From Chlorokybus atmophyticus (Eukaryota; Plantae; Mesostigma and Chlorokybus algae), in assembly GCA_009103225.1 (NCBI GenBank), contig RHPI01003762.1:62001-126000 (forward strand): a stretch of DNA of 64,000 bases, read 5' to 3'. The translations under genes were made by a program, and so were the position numbers. The notes under the pieces are model-generated. The model saw only the letters and a list, made by a program, of their open reading frames with translations. It did no database searches and was not told the origin of the DNA. Each line of letters begins with the position of its first letter. The stretch's first letter is position 1. This document shows positions 1 to 12,624 of this stretch, piece after piece.

Positions 1-39
1 AGCTTTGCTCGAGCGGCAGCGGTTGGGACGCGTGCTTAC

Positions 40-739
40 GTGTGCAGTCGGGGGGCGCGCAGAAGTAGATGGAGGGGAGGCGTCGAGAGAGCCAGCGGAC
101 AACGGGCCAAGGCTGAAACGCCAGCGCACTGCAGGGTGTGGATCGGAGTGAAGTGGTGCGCGCGCGTGTGTGCGTGTGTGTGCGCGTATGCGTGTGCTGG
201 TGCACATGCGTGTGTACAATGTGCGCGCGAGTTTGTGCGTGCGTGCGTGTGTGGGCCTGTGACTCGTTAAGTGGCACCAAGCTCAGGTCTGCTGGGTGAT
301 GTGACTTGGTCACTGCGTGCAAGGCTGTTGCAGACAAAGCAACAAACACGCGCACGCGTACACGCACACACGGACAAGCGCACCAAAAAAAACGCCCACC
401 CCCACACAACAGGCCCAGCAGCAGCAGCAGCAGCAACAACAACTACCACAACCACCACGACCACCACAGCAGAAATCCAATTCACAGCTGCCTGGCTTAG
501 CAGCAGCAGCAGCAGCAGCACTCATGCTGACAAAACTGATGACCAAAGTGTGACTGCAGCCATACCACACTTACCCACCCCAATTGTGGCCAATTCCAAT
601 TGCACCCCAATTGTAGCCAATTCCACCCAATTACGCACACTGCTTACCCCACAAACGCCGCCGCCCCCAGCAACGCCCCCATCGCCGCCACCCCGACCGC
701 CGCGCCTACCGCCGCACCCACCGCCGCCGCCTCCGCCAT
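40..739 (-). CDS. 5' end (first two exons) of a gene running off the left edge; N-terminal membrane anchor; product uncertain, possibly a NodB/CE4 polysaccharide-deacetylase-like protein
   Basis: ATG at 739. Exon 1 739-648 ends GG|GTAAG and exon 2 128-40 (CTGCAG acceptor, GTAAG donor) joins in phase, giving MAEAAAVGAAVGAAVGVAAMGALLGAAAFVGALAFQPWPVVRWLSRRLPSIYFCAPPDCT. The product guess rests only on remembered similarity of TM-QP..WL.RR.P..F to membrane-anchored CE4 N-termini; no catalytic motif lies in the window. Confidence 0.55.
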
Positions 740-811
740 GCCTTAAGCGTTGAGCTTGCTGCTGGCCTGCTCTGGTCTGGCCTGGCCTGATTTGCCGACA
801 AGGCGGCGGCG
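740..811. promoter_or_regulatory. Very short divergent interval between two start codons
   Basis: ATG at 739 (-) and ATG at 812 (+) are 72 bp apart; GC-rich. Confidence 0.5.
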
Positions 812-3800
812 ATGGACGAGCGCACGGACGAGGAGGAGGAGGAGGAGGAGGAGGAGGAGGAGGAGGTGGAGGGAGGGTTCAGGCTCGAGGACTTGCTGTC
901 TTCCTCTAGCGATGATGATGATGATGACGGGGACAAGGAGGAGAAGGGGGAGGTTGGTGACGTGCTGGGTGACAGCGACCAGGAAGCGGAGGACAAGGAG
1001 GAGGCGGGGAACGTGCTGGCCTCGAAGGAGGGCGGCGATGAGGACGAGGACGAGGAGGCGGAGCACGAGTTTAAGCAAGGAGAGGATTTTATCGAGGAAC
1101 GAGTCGCTGAGGAGGAGGAGGACAAGAGGGCGGAGGATGTGGACAAGGACGAGGAGGCTAGTGCAATGCAGGTTTGTTTACCGAAACCCTATGTGGTCAG
1201 GTGTCAATCAGGTATTCGTTCCTAGTCGATACTGTTGTGACTAGTATTACTGTTGCAGTGCGATCGTATTGTGCGTACCGAAATCCAATACTAGCCGTGC
1301 ACATGCAAGCACATACCCGCACACACATGAACACGCACGCGTCCACACAAGCGCGCATGCACGCGTGCGTATACGTCCACACACGCTCGTGCATGCACAC
1401 TCATAGCTCTTAACACGCGCGCGCATGTGCACATGCATACACAGAGACACATGCGCACACACAGTCGGTTTCTCTCATCTCAAAGCCCAACAGTGCTCAG
1501 GCACCATGATGATGAGGTCACACGCTCACACTCTCTCACTCACACTCTGACACACTCTCGCACTACCACAGCCCGCATCACGCGAAGCCCAACGTTCCGA
1601 CACTCTCGAGCCCGAAGCTTCCGGCCAGACCTCGTCTTCCTGGCCAGAAGCAGCCTTACACGACGATGAACTGTATGAAGATGAAGAAGCGGAAGAGGAG
1701 GAGGAGGAGGAGGATGAAACGGATGATGATGAAGAGGATGCGGTTGAAGATGATAGTGAGTTGAGTAGAGCCGACACAACGTCAAGCCAACATGTCGAGC
1801 ACGGCAATGCGCATGCACCACAACCACCACCACCACAACAACAGGAGGAGGAGGACAAAGGCGCGGTCGCCCCGTTAGCTGCCTTGCAAGCGGTAATGCT
1901 CAAGCTGATGAACAACATACATAGACAACAACAGCAGCAACAGCAACAGCAATCACAACAACACTCTCAGGCAGAAGATGCTGAGCGTGCGCAAGCCGAG
2001 TCGCGTGCTGGAGCACTAGACAGTGACGACGGCGGCCGCGCCGGTGCTCGTCCCATGCGCATACGCCAGCGCGTCGACCTCAACCGCCAGGTGATTAGCA
2101 TGGATCATATGTTGGGTTGTTGGGTTGTTGGGTTGTTGGTGTGGGTGTGTTGGTGATGTGGGTGTGTTGTTGTTCTGTGTTGCAGGAGAATGGCGTTGCG
2201 CTGGCTGTAGTGGAGACGGCGGGTGCTGTATCAAATACGCTGGGCTCGGCTTCCACGCGCAACGAGCATGGCACACCCTTGGTGAGTGGTTCTATGTATG
2301 CGTGGTGGGCGCAAGTGAGAGTGTGCTTGCGTGCGCAGGTGTGTACATACATTTGTAGATGTGCGCATGCGCATGTCCACATTATCATGTGCGCACACAT
2401 GTGTGTGTGTGCGCATGCGCTCGCGCCCCTGTACACGTGTGCTCGCACACGTGTATGCACGCTGACAAGCGCGTGCACGCGCGTGTGCGTGCGTGCATGC
2501 GTGTGCGTGCGTGCGTGCTTGCATGTCCGCGTGTGCGCGCCTGTCCCCGCAATTGCACACTCGCCCGCACATGAGTGTATGTGTCTGTCTGTGCATGCCT
2601 GCCTGCGTGCACACGCGCATATATATGTGTGCCAACAGCATCATCTCCATCAGGTTGTGTCCCTGCACACCTCCGGTCCCGCCCTCGCCATCGGCATGTC
2701 CCGCGGCACGGTCCTGGTGTCCCGCAGCAGCACTGCGCCCTCAGAGCGGTCCGCGGACAGGGTCGTGGCGCTGGGAGTCATCGGGGGGCCGGCCGTGGTC
2801 GCGGTGGACTTTAGCTCGCATGGAGATTGGCTGCTGTGCGGATATGCCAATGTGAGCGAGAGACAGCGTGTGCGTGCGCGCGTGCGTGCGTGCGTGTGTA
2901 TGTAATTGTGTGTGCGCGCATCTATGCGGGTTTTGAGCAGGGGTGGGGCATGCGGGTGTGCGTTCGCGTGCGCACGCGTGCACACGTGTGCATACGCTTC
3001 AATGTGGTGCACATGTGTGCGTGCGTATACATGTGTGCGTGCGTGCGTGCATGCACACGTGTGCATCAGTATGTGTGCAAGTCTGTGAGCGCGCGCGCAT
3101 GTATGTGCGCATGCTTGCGTGCATGCGTGGCGATGTGACCAGTCATGAACTTGTGACACGCTTCGTATTGTTTGTTGCAGGGTTCGCTGACGCTGTGGGA
3201 CGTGAGCAAGTCCGCGATGCTGAAGACGGTCGTGGGCGAGCACTCGGCCCCCGTCGTGCATGTCGCATTCATCCCGCACCGCACCGCTGCCGTCACCGCC
3301 GACGCCAACGGAGTAAGAACAGACTCATAATGTGGATGTGTTTAAATCTTGTGCTCACAACAGCAAAACAACATTTATTCCAGGTGACAACGTTGCACAC
3401 GTTCACAGCGGTCCCACTGCTCAGGCGCTACACTGTCAGCTCACAGGTGGGCACAAATTGTGTATATTGGTTTGTTGTTCATATTTAACAGAGGCACTGA
3501 TCAGCTATCAACTGTGTGTGGCACATGCGGCAGTGTTTGCTTGATGGAAGCCGCACTCGCCCAGTCTTATCTCTAGCGGCTTTACCGACATCGCCCTCAT
3601 CAGTATTATCAGCATCCTCAGCCCAAACGCCGATATCGCCGCCTACACCAACTGAACCCACCTCCGCCACGTCGTTGTCGGGGATGGCCACCAGTGTGTT
3701 CTCGACGATATCCAACACTGCAACGGATATCCGCACCGCCGCCGCGACGAACGTGGACGCGGGATTGAGCTTCCTCTACGACCAACAACAAGGTGTGAAC

Positions 3801-6800
3801 ACATGCGTGTGTACATGTATGTGTGTGTGCATGTGTGTGCGTGTGCGTGGAATGACAAGAACCCAAGTTGTTGTGCAATAGACTGATGTTTGGTGTCCAA
3901 CAGCTGGTGGAGGTGCTGGAGGGGTAATCTGCATTATCACGCAACAGAAGGCGATCATCGTAAGTTGTTGTGATGATTGGTGTCACACGCTCAGACATAG
4001 GCGGATGGTGCCTGAGGCGGTTGTGTACCGCAAGCATACTACACAGCATGACTCACGCTCAATTCATACACGCACTCACATGCACACGTACAGACATGCG
4101 CATATGCACTTGCGCACACATACTTGTAAGCATCTCATACTGGATTTATACCAACTCCAACACTGTCAATACAACAAGGTCCGGCTGTTTCCCGTCATGG
4201 AGATCACTCACCGGTGGGCTCGTCCCGCCAACACGCGCGACGGTGCGTTGCCCGTGTGCGCGTGGCGCCGACAAGACATCAAAGGTACATCATCGCTCTT
4301 GTGTTGTGTGGGGGCCCTGTGACTTGTGACGAGCATGTTGTTGCATACAGACGCGAGTGAAGGCACACACAACACGGGCGAGGTTGACAGCCCCACTATG
4401 GCCGTGGCGTGGGGCCAATCAGTCAGCGTGCTTCGCATGCGCCCACGGGGAGAAGTGGAGTGCGTGCATGAAGTTAAGATGGAGGCTGAAGCTGTGAATG
4501 TTAGGTGGCTTGATGAACAGGTACGCGTTCTTGCGAAAGCGAGCGCGCACAGACATGCGTGCACTGTCATTCGGTGCTCATGTGTGGTTGAATGTCCTAA
4601 CATGATAGGTACTTGGGGTGCTTCTGGTGAGAGGCTCAATATCCACGCTGTGTTTGTGTTCGCTCGATGGTGAAGTCCTCCAGCGCGTGGGTGTTCCTGG
4701 CGGGTCGGATGCGCTCGCCCACCACAACTTCTTCACAAACAGCTCTGGGTAAGAACGCAGGTGCGGACTATGTGTGTCATCTGCTGTGATGTACTCATCG
4801 TCGTGCATCAAACTGTGCGTGTGCATGTGCGCATCAACATGTGCAGCGCACCCGAGCGCTCGTTCCACAACTGTATGGCCTCCCGCGGTTCTTCTCTCTA
4901 CATCTTAGGCACCAGCCAGGTACGTTTATGACAGCGCCATCATCAATCATGCCTTGTCCTGACAACCCCTCACGCTGCTATTGCACAGCTTCTGCACGCG
5001 CGTGTCCTAGCGTGGAAGGAGAGGCTCGCGTATCTCTGCGGCAGCGGCGACTGGATGGCCGCGTTCAGGCTTGCACTCGACTACTACGATGGCACCGCCA
5101 AGGTACACAGCATGTCGTATAATCACACTAGTGGATGTGGTGCATATTACTACGGTCCAACGAGTACTTTTAAACGTACGGTAGGTTTTGGAGTACTTGT
5201 TGTATATGTGTACAATAGTCATGCTCTACACTGTTGTAACGAGTGTGCTGCGGGTTGGTGCTGAGTGTCTACACAAGCTGTGGCATGCATGTGTGCACAT
5301 GTACGTACACATCCTGTTTCAGACCAACAAGCTTGCACCAAAGCCTTCTGCTGATGAGTTGCAACCATCGTAAGTGCTAGTTGTCACTCACTGCAACATT
5401 GTTGTTAATGTGGCTACTGCTGCTGCTGCTGTAACTTTCATTGATGACGCTACGGTGGTGGTGGTGGTTTTCACTGTTGTTGTTGCTATCATTGTCATTG
5501 TTGTAGGTTTTGTTAGTATTGCTATTAGCAACATGAACAATGATGATGTCGTTGTCACCCACGACGCGCGCCTAGCTGGAGGCCTCCGTGTCCGGGTGGG
5601 ACTGGACAGAGGAGGAGGTGTTTCGCCAGCATCTACGCCATCGTCGCGCTAGCGATGACAGCACGAACGACAACGCGGCATCCAGTGACGATGGCATCAA
5701 CGGTGATGGTAGCGACATGTCATTGCAAGAGGCACTGGAAAAATTGTGACCGGTGCCTCGGGAAATAGCATGTCGCTGCCATCATCTCCGTCGAGCTCGT
5801 CGTCGCTAGATGCCACGTCCTATGTCGCACTGCCATCACTAGTGTGACGATGGCGTGCAGATGGTGCTGCAACACCTCCACCTCTGTCTAGCCCCGTGTC
5901 GGGCTGCGCCCGGCCATGGAGGCCTCCATCTGAGCACGTGTTATAGTTATTCATGATGACAACGCTGTCCTCTCCCTCCCACTCACCTCTTCTCTCTCTC
6001 TCCCCTCCTCCCATCCCCGCAGCCCATGTCCACTCTCCCCTCCAACGAGACTTCTCTCCCCCTCCTCCATCGCACACTGCGTCCGTCTCTACTACCTCTC
6101 TTAGCGGACTTCGTCGACGGCGCCATCGCGGCCGCGGAGACCGAAGCCATCGAGGAAGTCATGCGGAGGAGCGCGATGAGCGAGAGCGGTGGGGAGGGGG
6201 GTGGGGGTGGAGAAGGAGATGGAATGGATATTGTGGATGTGATACAGGTGAGAAAGGGGGGAGTGACTGTGTTGGAGTGAGTGGAATGTTGGGGTGATCA
6301 AGTGTGAGTGAATGAGTGAGTGAATGAGTGAGTGAGTGAGTGAGTGAGTGAATGTGAGTGAGTGGGTGAGCACACAGTGCATGAGTGGGTGGGGGAGTGA
6401 TAGAGTGTGAGGGTTACAGGTTCTGCAACATGTGATTCGCATAATCAATGAACATGATCGTGTGAATCAGTAACGCTGTCATATTTGCAGGCGCGGTTTG
6501 TGGCTGCCGGTGAGGTGGCCGTGGAGTTCTGCGTGCACGTTGGCGAGTTGGGCGCGCTGTTCGGGGGCGCGGGTGCCGAGGGAGGGAGCAGCAGCGTGTT
6601 TGGCAAGTTCGACGTCGCGGGGCAGCGCGCCACGTTCATCGACTTACTCGAACCGTATATACTGACGGATACGCTCACGGCACTGCCGCCGGAAGTCATG
6701 CAGGTAAGGTGGCAGGTGGACATTGATGAGTCTGATTTGAAGTGTGCAAGTGCACGTGAAAGTGTGTGTGCGTGCGCACGTGTGCATGCTTAAGCACACA

Positions 6801-9800
6801 TGCATGCGCCTGCGAGAGTGGGTGTGTGGGTGTCTCAGTTTGCGCATGCGTGCATATGCGCCGGCTCGTATATGCATGTGTGCGCAAACTGAGACACCCA
6901 CGCACGCACGTGGTTGTGCCCGCATATGTGTCCCTGTGTGTGGTGAACTGACTATCTGCCTCTTCTATCAATCTTGCAGGCTCTTGTAGACCAGTACTCG
7001 CAGCGCGGATGGCTTCAGCGCGTCGAGCAATGCATCCTTCACATGGACATAGCCTCCCTAGACTTCAATCAGGTCAACTAGTGCTGAGACAACTATCTCA
7101 TCACACACACCCATCACATCGTACCCACACCATCATCAACCGCAGGTGGTGAAGTTGTGCCGCGCGCACGGCCTCTACAACGCCCTCATCTACGTGTTCA
7201 ACAGCGGCCTCGACGACTACGTTACGCCCGCGGCTGAGCTGCTCGCCGTATCGCGCGCCGCCTCTGATGATGATGCCAGGAAAGCCCTCGCGTACAAGCT
7301 GCTGGTCTACCTCAAACACTGCTTCACTGGCAAGGTCAGCGCGTTGCTGGTGGTGTTTGTCTTTGATGATGTCGTGCATGTGGATAAGGATGTTGGTGTG
7401 TTATTTACAAATCAAGTCCTTTTGGTGTACTGGAAAGACCACAATACCGACATGCATGCACAGTGTGTTTCACGTGTAATTCCCTAAAATCAGAACATGC
7501 ACACTGCGCCTGAGTGCGCGAGTGTGGACAAGTGCGTGTGCGCTGATGCACACCCACTTGTCCACCCACTTGTTGTGTGCATGCGCGCGTGCCCGCTTGC
7601 ATAAGCCTGCATGAGCATGTATAAAAGCAACGCCAGTTGTGCAACACCTGCGTGTGCATGCATGCTTGTGTTGGTGTACGCATGCGTGCGTGCGTGCGTG
7701 CAAGTGTCAGCTTGAGTCAGTGGTTAGCTGCTGAATGTGCGTTGTGTAATTACTCGTGTCACAGGCGTTTCCACCCGGCCGAGGGACGATCCCTCCCGAC
7801 CGCTCTCCCCACCTTCTCCACGACCTCATCCACTTCCTTCTCCACGACGAGTCCACACCTTCCAACCACGGTCGCCTTCGCTTCCTTCTCGACATCGACT
7901 GCGCGGCCACGCTCGCCGTACTAGCAGAGGCTTTCTTGATATCAACACCGGGAGGGGTGATACCAGACTTGTCAGCCTGGTCGGGAAGTATAGATACGGT
8001 GAAGATAGCGATATCCCCGGACACGCATGCGCAAATGGTTGTGGATGCGGTGCTTGCACTGGCGGCTCCGGACGATATCGAGTTCCTGGAGGAAGAGATT
8101 GGAGCTATGCTTGAGTTTGTCGCAGCCATGCTTGCGGCGAAAAAATGTGCCGTGGCGTCGGAGGATGTCATGAGAGTTCTCACTCACCTCATCACAGGTA
8201 CACACGATGTTCATGTCTTGTTTACTATTCCATATGCGTGCTTGTTGTGCTTATATCCAGCCAGTGCAGTCGCTGTTCTTGGTGTACTTGACACAAGCAT
8301 GTTGAGGGCAATCGTAGTTATGTGCCGTTTTGCAGGGCCCACGGTTGCGAGTGCGAGACCTACAACACGTGCGCGTGAAGACCTGACTGTGGCAGTGTTA
8401 CTGGCTGTCCAGCACGAAGATATCGACGCAGAGTTGTTGCTAATTCTCTCAGCTGAGGCAGAATTTCATCAGGTGAGGCCCAGAACATGATGTTTATCTC
8501 CTCCATGTTGTTGCATGAATGCTTTAATTAATTCAACAGATGCCACATACTGGCGTGTGTGTGTGCAGGTTTCGGCGCTGTTGTATTATAGATTTGGGCG
8601 CATGCAGCGTGCATTGGATTGTTTGCTCGCGGATGCAACGAGCCGAACCTTGCAGCCGTTTGCGTTCATCAACCACTGCTTCCGTCAAGGCCATAGGTGA
8701 GACAACTGTTACAAAAGCATTATCACACTTCGACTTGTGTGCATGCACACATGGCTATAAGTATGTGTATAGGTGCACCTGCTTAAGTGTTGTTGATGTC
8801 ATGTCTGTGCGCACTTCACTTGGCATCGTGTAGTTTTTTTTTTGTACATTTGACACATTTGCGTGCCAAGTTGCAAGATCATATGCACATAAATCTATAT
8901 GCACACACCTAAAAGACGTATGACATGCTCACAGGGACAAGTTCAGCACATTGCTGTTGGAAAGGCTTCCCGCCCTCGCACGCCTCGACTGCACTGCAAC
9001 TCTGACTCTGGCAGGTATTCCCACACAACCACTGTACTGTTCACGCACGCGCGCGTGCATGCGCACGCACATGCTGGGGTGCACACACATGGGCGCACAC
9101 GCGCGCACGCGCACGCATACATCACCCAACCAACCATCCACCTACAAACACACGCTGTTCCCGCAGCCCAACACGTTTCTCCCCGCGAGCACGAGTCCGC
9201 CATCACGCATGGCCCCCTCGCCACGGACCCGCGCCTGCAACATCGTTACCTCCAGGCTCTGATCGAGACAATGAATGACAACAACAGCAACAACAACAAC
9301 ATGGCAACGGGGGAGAATGCTGCTGCGGAGTACTTGCGGAGCTCAGGCTTTCAGGTGGGGGGATAAGATTGACACATTATGTCGCTCAGTGTTGCGTTGA
9401 ACTCGTGTGTGGGTGTACTGACTGCATCTTGTGAAGCAGATGACGGATGCGTTGAATGAGCTCTATCTTCAGCGCCTGTGCGAGTTTGATCCTGCTCAAG
9501 TGCGGCCGTTTCTCATCAGTTGCAACGGGTACATTCGTTAGTCTATTGTCCGAGCCATCACATGCATGTGTGCATGCGCGTGCGTGGGGCGTGCGCGTGC
9601 GTGCGTGTATGTGTACATGTGTGTGCATGTGATATGTGCGTTGCTATTACCACCGCAGGTATCGTCTGGACCGCTGCCTTGAGCTTTGCCAGCAGCACGG
9701 CGTGGTGGACGCCTCAGCCTACCTCCTTGAGCAGATGGGAGACGTCACTGGCTCGCTTGCACTCCTCTTGCGCTCCCTTGAACACCAGATAGCCGCCGTT

Positions 9801-11536
9801 GAGGTCAGGACACGTCAACACATGCACGCCGTGTGCACGCGCCCAAGGGCATGCCCACCGTGCGCACACACTCATGCACACATTGGAGCCATCAATGACG
9901 CACACGGAGCAAAGCGCACACATCCACACGCGTGTGCACTTGCACACTCACCCATTTGCAAACTGTCAAACTGTCAACCCACCTTGCCTTTCCAGAAAGC
10001 TGCCAGGAAAGGGCGCATCGTTCCCGCCAAGGCCACCTCCGGTCCCCACGCGATGCCAACATCCCCTCGCTCCCGCACAAACAACAGCAACACCATTTCA
10101 ACGTTCACGCGGTCGGCCAGTTCGTCATCGCAGCTAACGGAAGCCACCGCCCCGGAGATCGTGGCCGTGCAGGAGATTGTTGATAATGCGGCGGAGCTGT
10201 GTTTGCGCAACACGGGGAGACTGCCGGCCAGGGAGTCAGAGGCGCTGTGGTTTGAACTATTGGACAGGTGAGAGTGTGTGTGTGTGTGTGTGTTACATGT
10301 TACATGTGATGGATGATGAACGCACACATCCACATCATCAGGTTTGCGGTGCCGTTGCGGGAGCTGAAACGCGCAGAACGCGAGCGCGAGACCCGGCGAG
10401 CATCTTCACGCAAGAAGTTGAGGACAACAACAACAACAAAACAGCAAAAGCCTGTATCATTGCAGCAACAACGCCGCATGGCCGCCTCGGCCGTCCTCCA
10501 ACAAATGCTCGCGGGGTTCATCACATCCATCATGGGCAGCATGACAGGGTAACTAACTAAGTAACCAAGTAATGTTGGGTGTGTGAGCACTCTGATACTC
10601 ATCTTACCCTCTCATCAGGTTGATCCCGCTGTCGGCGATACTTGGTCATATTGTGGAGAAACATGGCGGTGATGAGGTGGGCGACTTCAAGCCGAGCATC
10701 ATGGGCATGTTGGCGTCGTACGGGTATGAAAGGGCGATACTCGGCACGGCGCGCCATCTGATGGCCAGGGACACGTTCGATTCTATGCAGGTACAGGTTT
10801 TGGTACTCATTGCTGGATAAATGGGTTGGTGAGGGTTTGTGGCTAAGTTGGTCTATGAACTGTTTCCGACAGGAGCTGAGACTGCGGCGGTCCCGTGCGG
10901 CTGTCCCTGCGAGCGTCGAATGCACGGCATGCGGCCTCCCGCTCTCATCCCCAGGTGGGGGTTATGTGTGCGTGTGTGCATACGTGCGTCCGCGCGTGCA
11001 CTACGAGTGTCGGTGTGAATGCACGTATAATGCACGTGCTCACACGTGCGTATGTGCATGCGTGCGGGTGATTGCGCGTGCCCGTGTATACCAGCGTATG
11101 TGCATGCGTGCACATGTGTCTACTTCAGTATTCATGCTTGCACACGTTTTAAGAACAGATGTGCGTCATCCCTCCTCCAAGTCTTCCTTATTCAAGTTTC
11201 CACACTTGAGACTTTGCAGCTCTGTTGCAGTGGATATATGGCATGAGCACAGCATCACCCTTGTCACTCAAACCGCATGCGGCTCATGTATACACCTGTT
11301 CTTCAGGGCTCGGGAGCAATGAGAGTAACGGGAGTGAGAGTCCTCATCGCGACTCAGGCGTCTTGAAGGTCTTTTCGTGCGGGCACTCCTTTCACGGGGT
11401 GTGCGTGCCGCACGGTAAAGCGAGCGGTAGAGGCGCGCTCGAGAGGTGTCCGGCGTGTTTAGTGATGCACGAGAGGCCGGCGATGACGCACGCGTTGCAT
11501 GCTGGCTTGAGGAGACAGAAAGGGGTGGTGGCCTAA
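812..11536 (+). CDS. VPS8: Vacuolar protein sorting 8 (CORVET subunit); multi-exon; acidic N-terminus, WD40 region, Vps8 domain, clathrin-repeat-like region, C-terminal RING
   Basis: Spliced peptides match plant VPS8: ALAIGMSRG..VDFSSHGDWLLCGYANG; GEVAVEFCVH..FIDLLEPYILTDTLTALPPEVMQ/ALVDQYSQRGWLQRVEQCILHMDIASLDFNQ/VVKLCRAHGLYNALIYVFNSGLDDYVTP; ELYLQRLCEFD; IPLSAILGHIVEKHGGDEVGDFKPSIMGML; FSCGHSFH..C..CPAC; TAA at 11534-11536. Confidence 0.93.
5578..5927. repeat. ~350 bp imperfect fold-back inverted repeat inside a VPS8 intron (MITE-like or hairpin RNA)
   Basis: Outer arms GGAGGCCTCC..GGACAGAGGAGGAGGTGTTTCGCCAGCATCTACGCCATCGTC pair with GACGATGGCGTGCAGATGGTGCTGCAACACCTCCACCTCTGTCTAG..GGAGGCCTCC. 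Inner arms TGATGGTAGCGACATG/CATGTCGCTGCCATCA and GAGGCACTGG/CCGGTGCCTC close a loop near 5740-5750. Confidence 0.8.
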
Positions 11537-11933
11537 CTGTTGGGATGGGGTGTTGCGTATATGTTGTGTGTTTTGGGTGCAAGCATCGGTTGTGGTTGTT
11601 TCGCTTGGCTGTTGGGTCGCGTGTGCAATATGAACCGACGTGTGGCGTGGTGATTTTGTCGAACATTAGTCTTGTGTTGCGCACGTTTCTAAAGCAGACA
11701 GCCCAAGCGATGCATCCTATAGCGGCATTGTGGTGGCCCGCAAGGCCATTGCAGAAGTGCACACCCAGACTATGCTGGCTTAGATAACTACTGGTCCATT
11801 ACATGCGCAGCTGCATCTGCACTGGTGCGCAACATACAACTTTACATGGGTGTGTACAGCGTGTCTCGCTCACCATCACTCACACACATGCGCCCGCGTG
11901 GGCAGGTATCACCTTTGGCATGTTTGTTGTATG

Positions 11934-12227
11934 ACCAACGGGCCTGGCTGAGGGTAGTTGTAGTGTAGAAGCTACTAGCCCGGTGGTTTGAATTGCATGT
12001 GGTAAGCTAGAAGTGTGATGCGGTGCATGTCACTTGCTTGTTGTGAGCACACCATGCATGCCGGCACAGCATACGCCATTTGTACACGTGCCGCGTACAT
12101 ACATTGCCCTCCGCATTCTTGCATACACCTTGCACCGCTCGGCCCACACACATGATGCCTGCATGCATGACTAACAGGGGGGCGGTAGGAGTACGGTAGA
12201 GTGTAGGGTAGAGTTAGCCCAGTGGTC
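11934..12227. repeat. Two copies (11934-11987, 12169-12227) of a short dispersed element with inverted-repeat-like ends
   Basis: ACCAACGGGC..TAG-rich core..GCCCGGTGGT and GACTAACAGGGGGC..TAGCCCAGTGGTC; a further copy at 39408-39469 and partial copies at 39071, 51673 and ~18251. Confidence 0.55.
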
Positions 12228-12624
12228 ATGTGTGCAGCATTGAGTTGCGTATGGCTAGCTGCAAGTGATGCATGGCTTCGAAATGCATGCTGATAACAGC
12301 CTCGCGCTTATCCTGTACACACTTGATCACATCCCCGTTGCATCTTGTGTACACACTGCACATTACACACATGGCCGCCCAGCCACGCAGTGCTCGATGT
12401 CGCCTCCACCGCCAACCGGTTTGTGTTGGTTGAGTCATGCAATATGCACGGACGTCAGTCATGCACAGTCAAATCAGACAGCACGCAACAATCAGCAAAC
12501 AGCTGTAGGCTGGAATGAAGCATTACATGCCCTGGAAGTTGGTGCTGCATGTTATTGGTTGCATAGTCTACTAAGCCGTCATCAGATCTGCTCAAAAACA
12601 GGACCAATAGCAACCAAATGTTTC

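Noticed and set aside
310-570. Cys-rich minus-strand segment that could be an extra exon of the left-edge gene
   Set aside because: It is a translated (CAG/CAA)n tract; exon 1 joins the 128-40 exon in phase without it, giving a more protein-like sequence.
1174-3279. Numerous long ORFs rich in HTHT/CVCV/ARAR here and across the window
   Set aside because: They are translations of intronic alternating purine-pyrimidine microsatellites, which lack stop codons.
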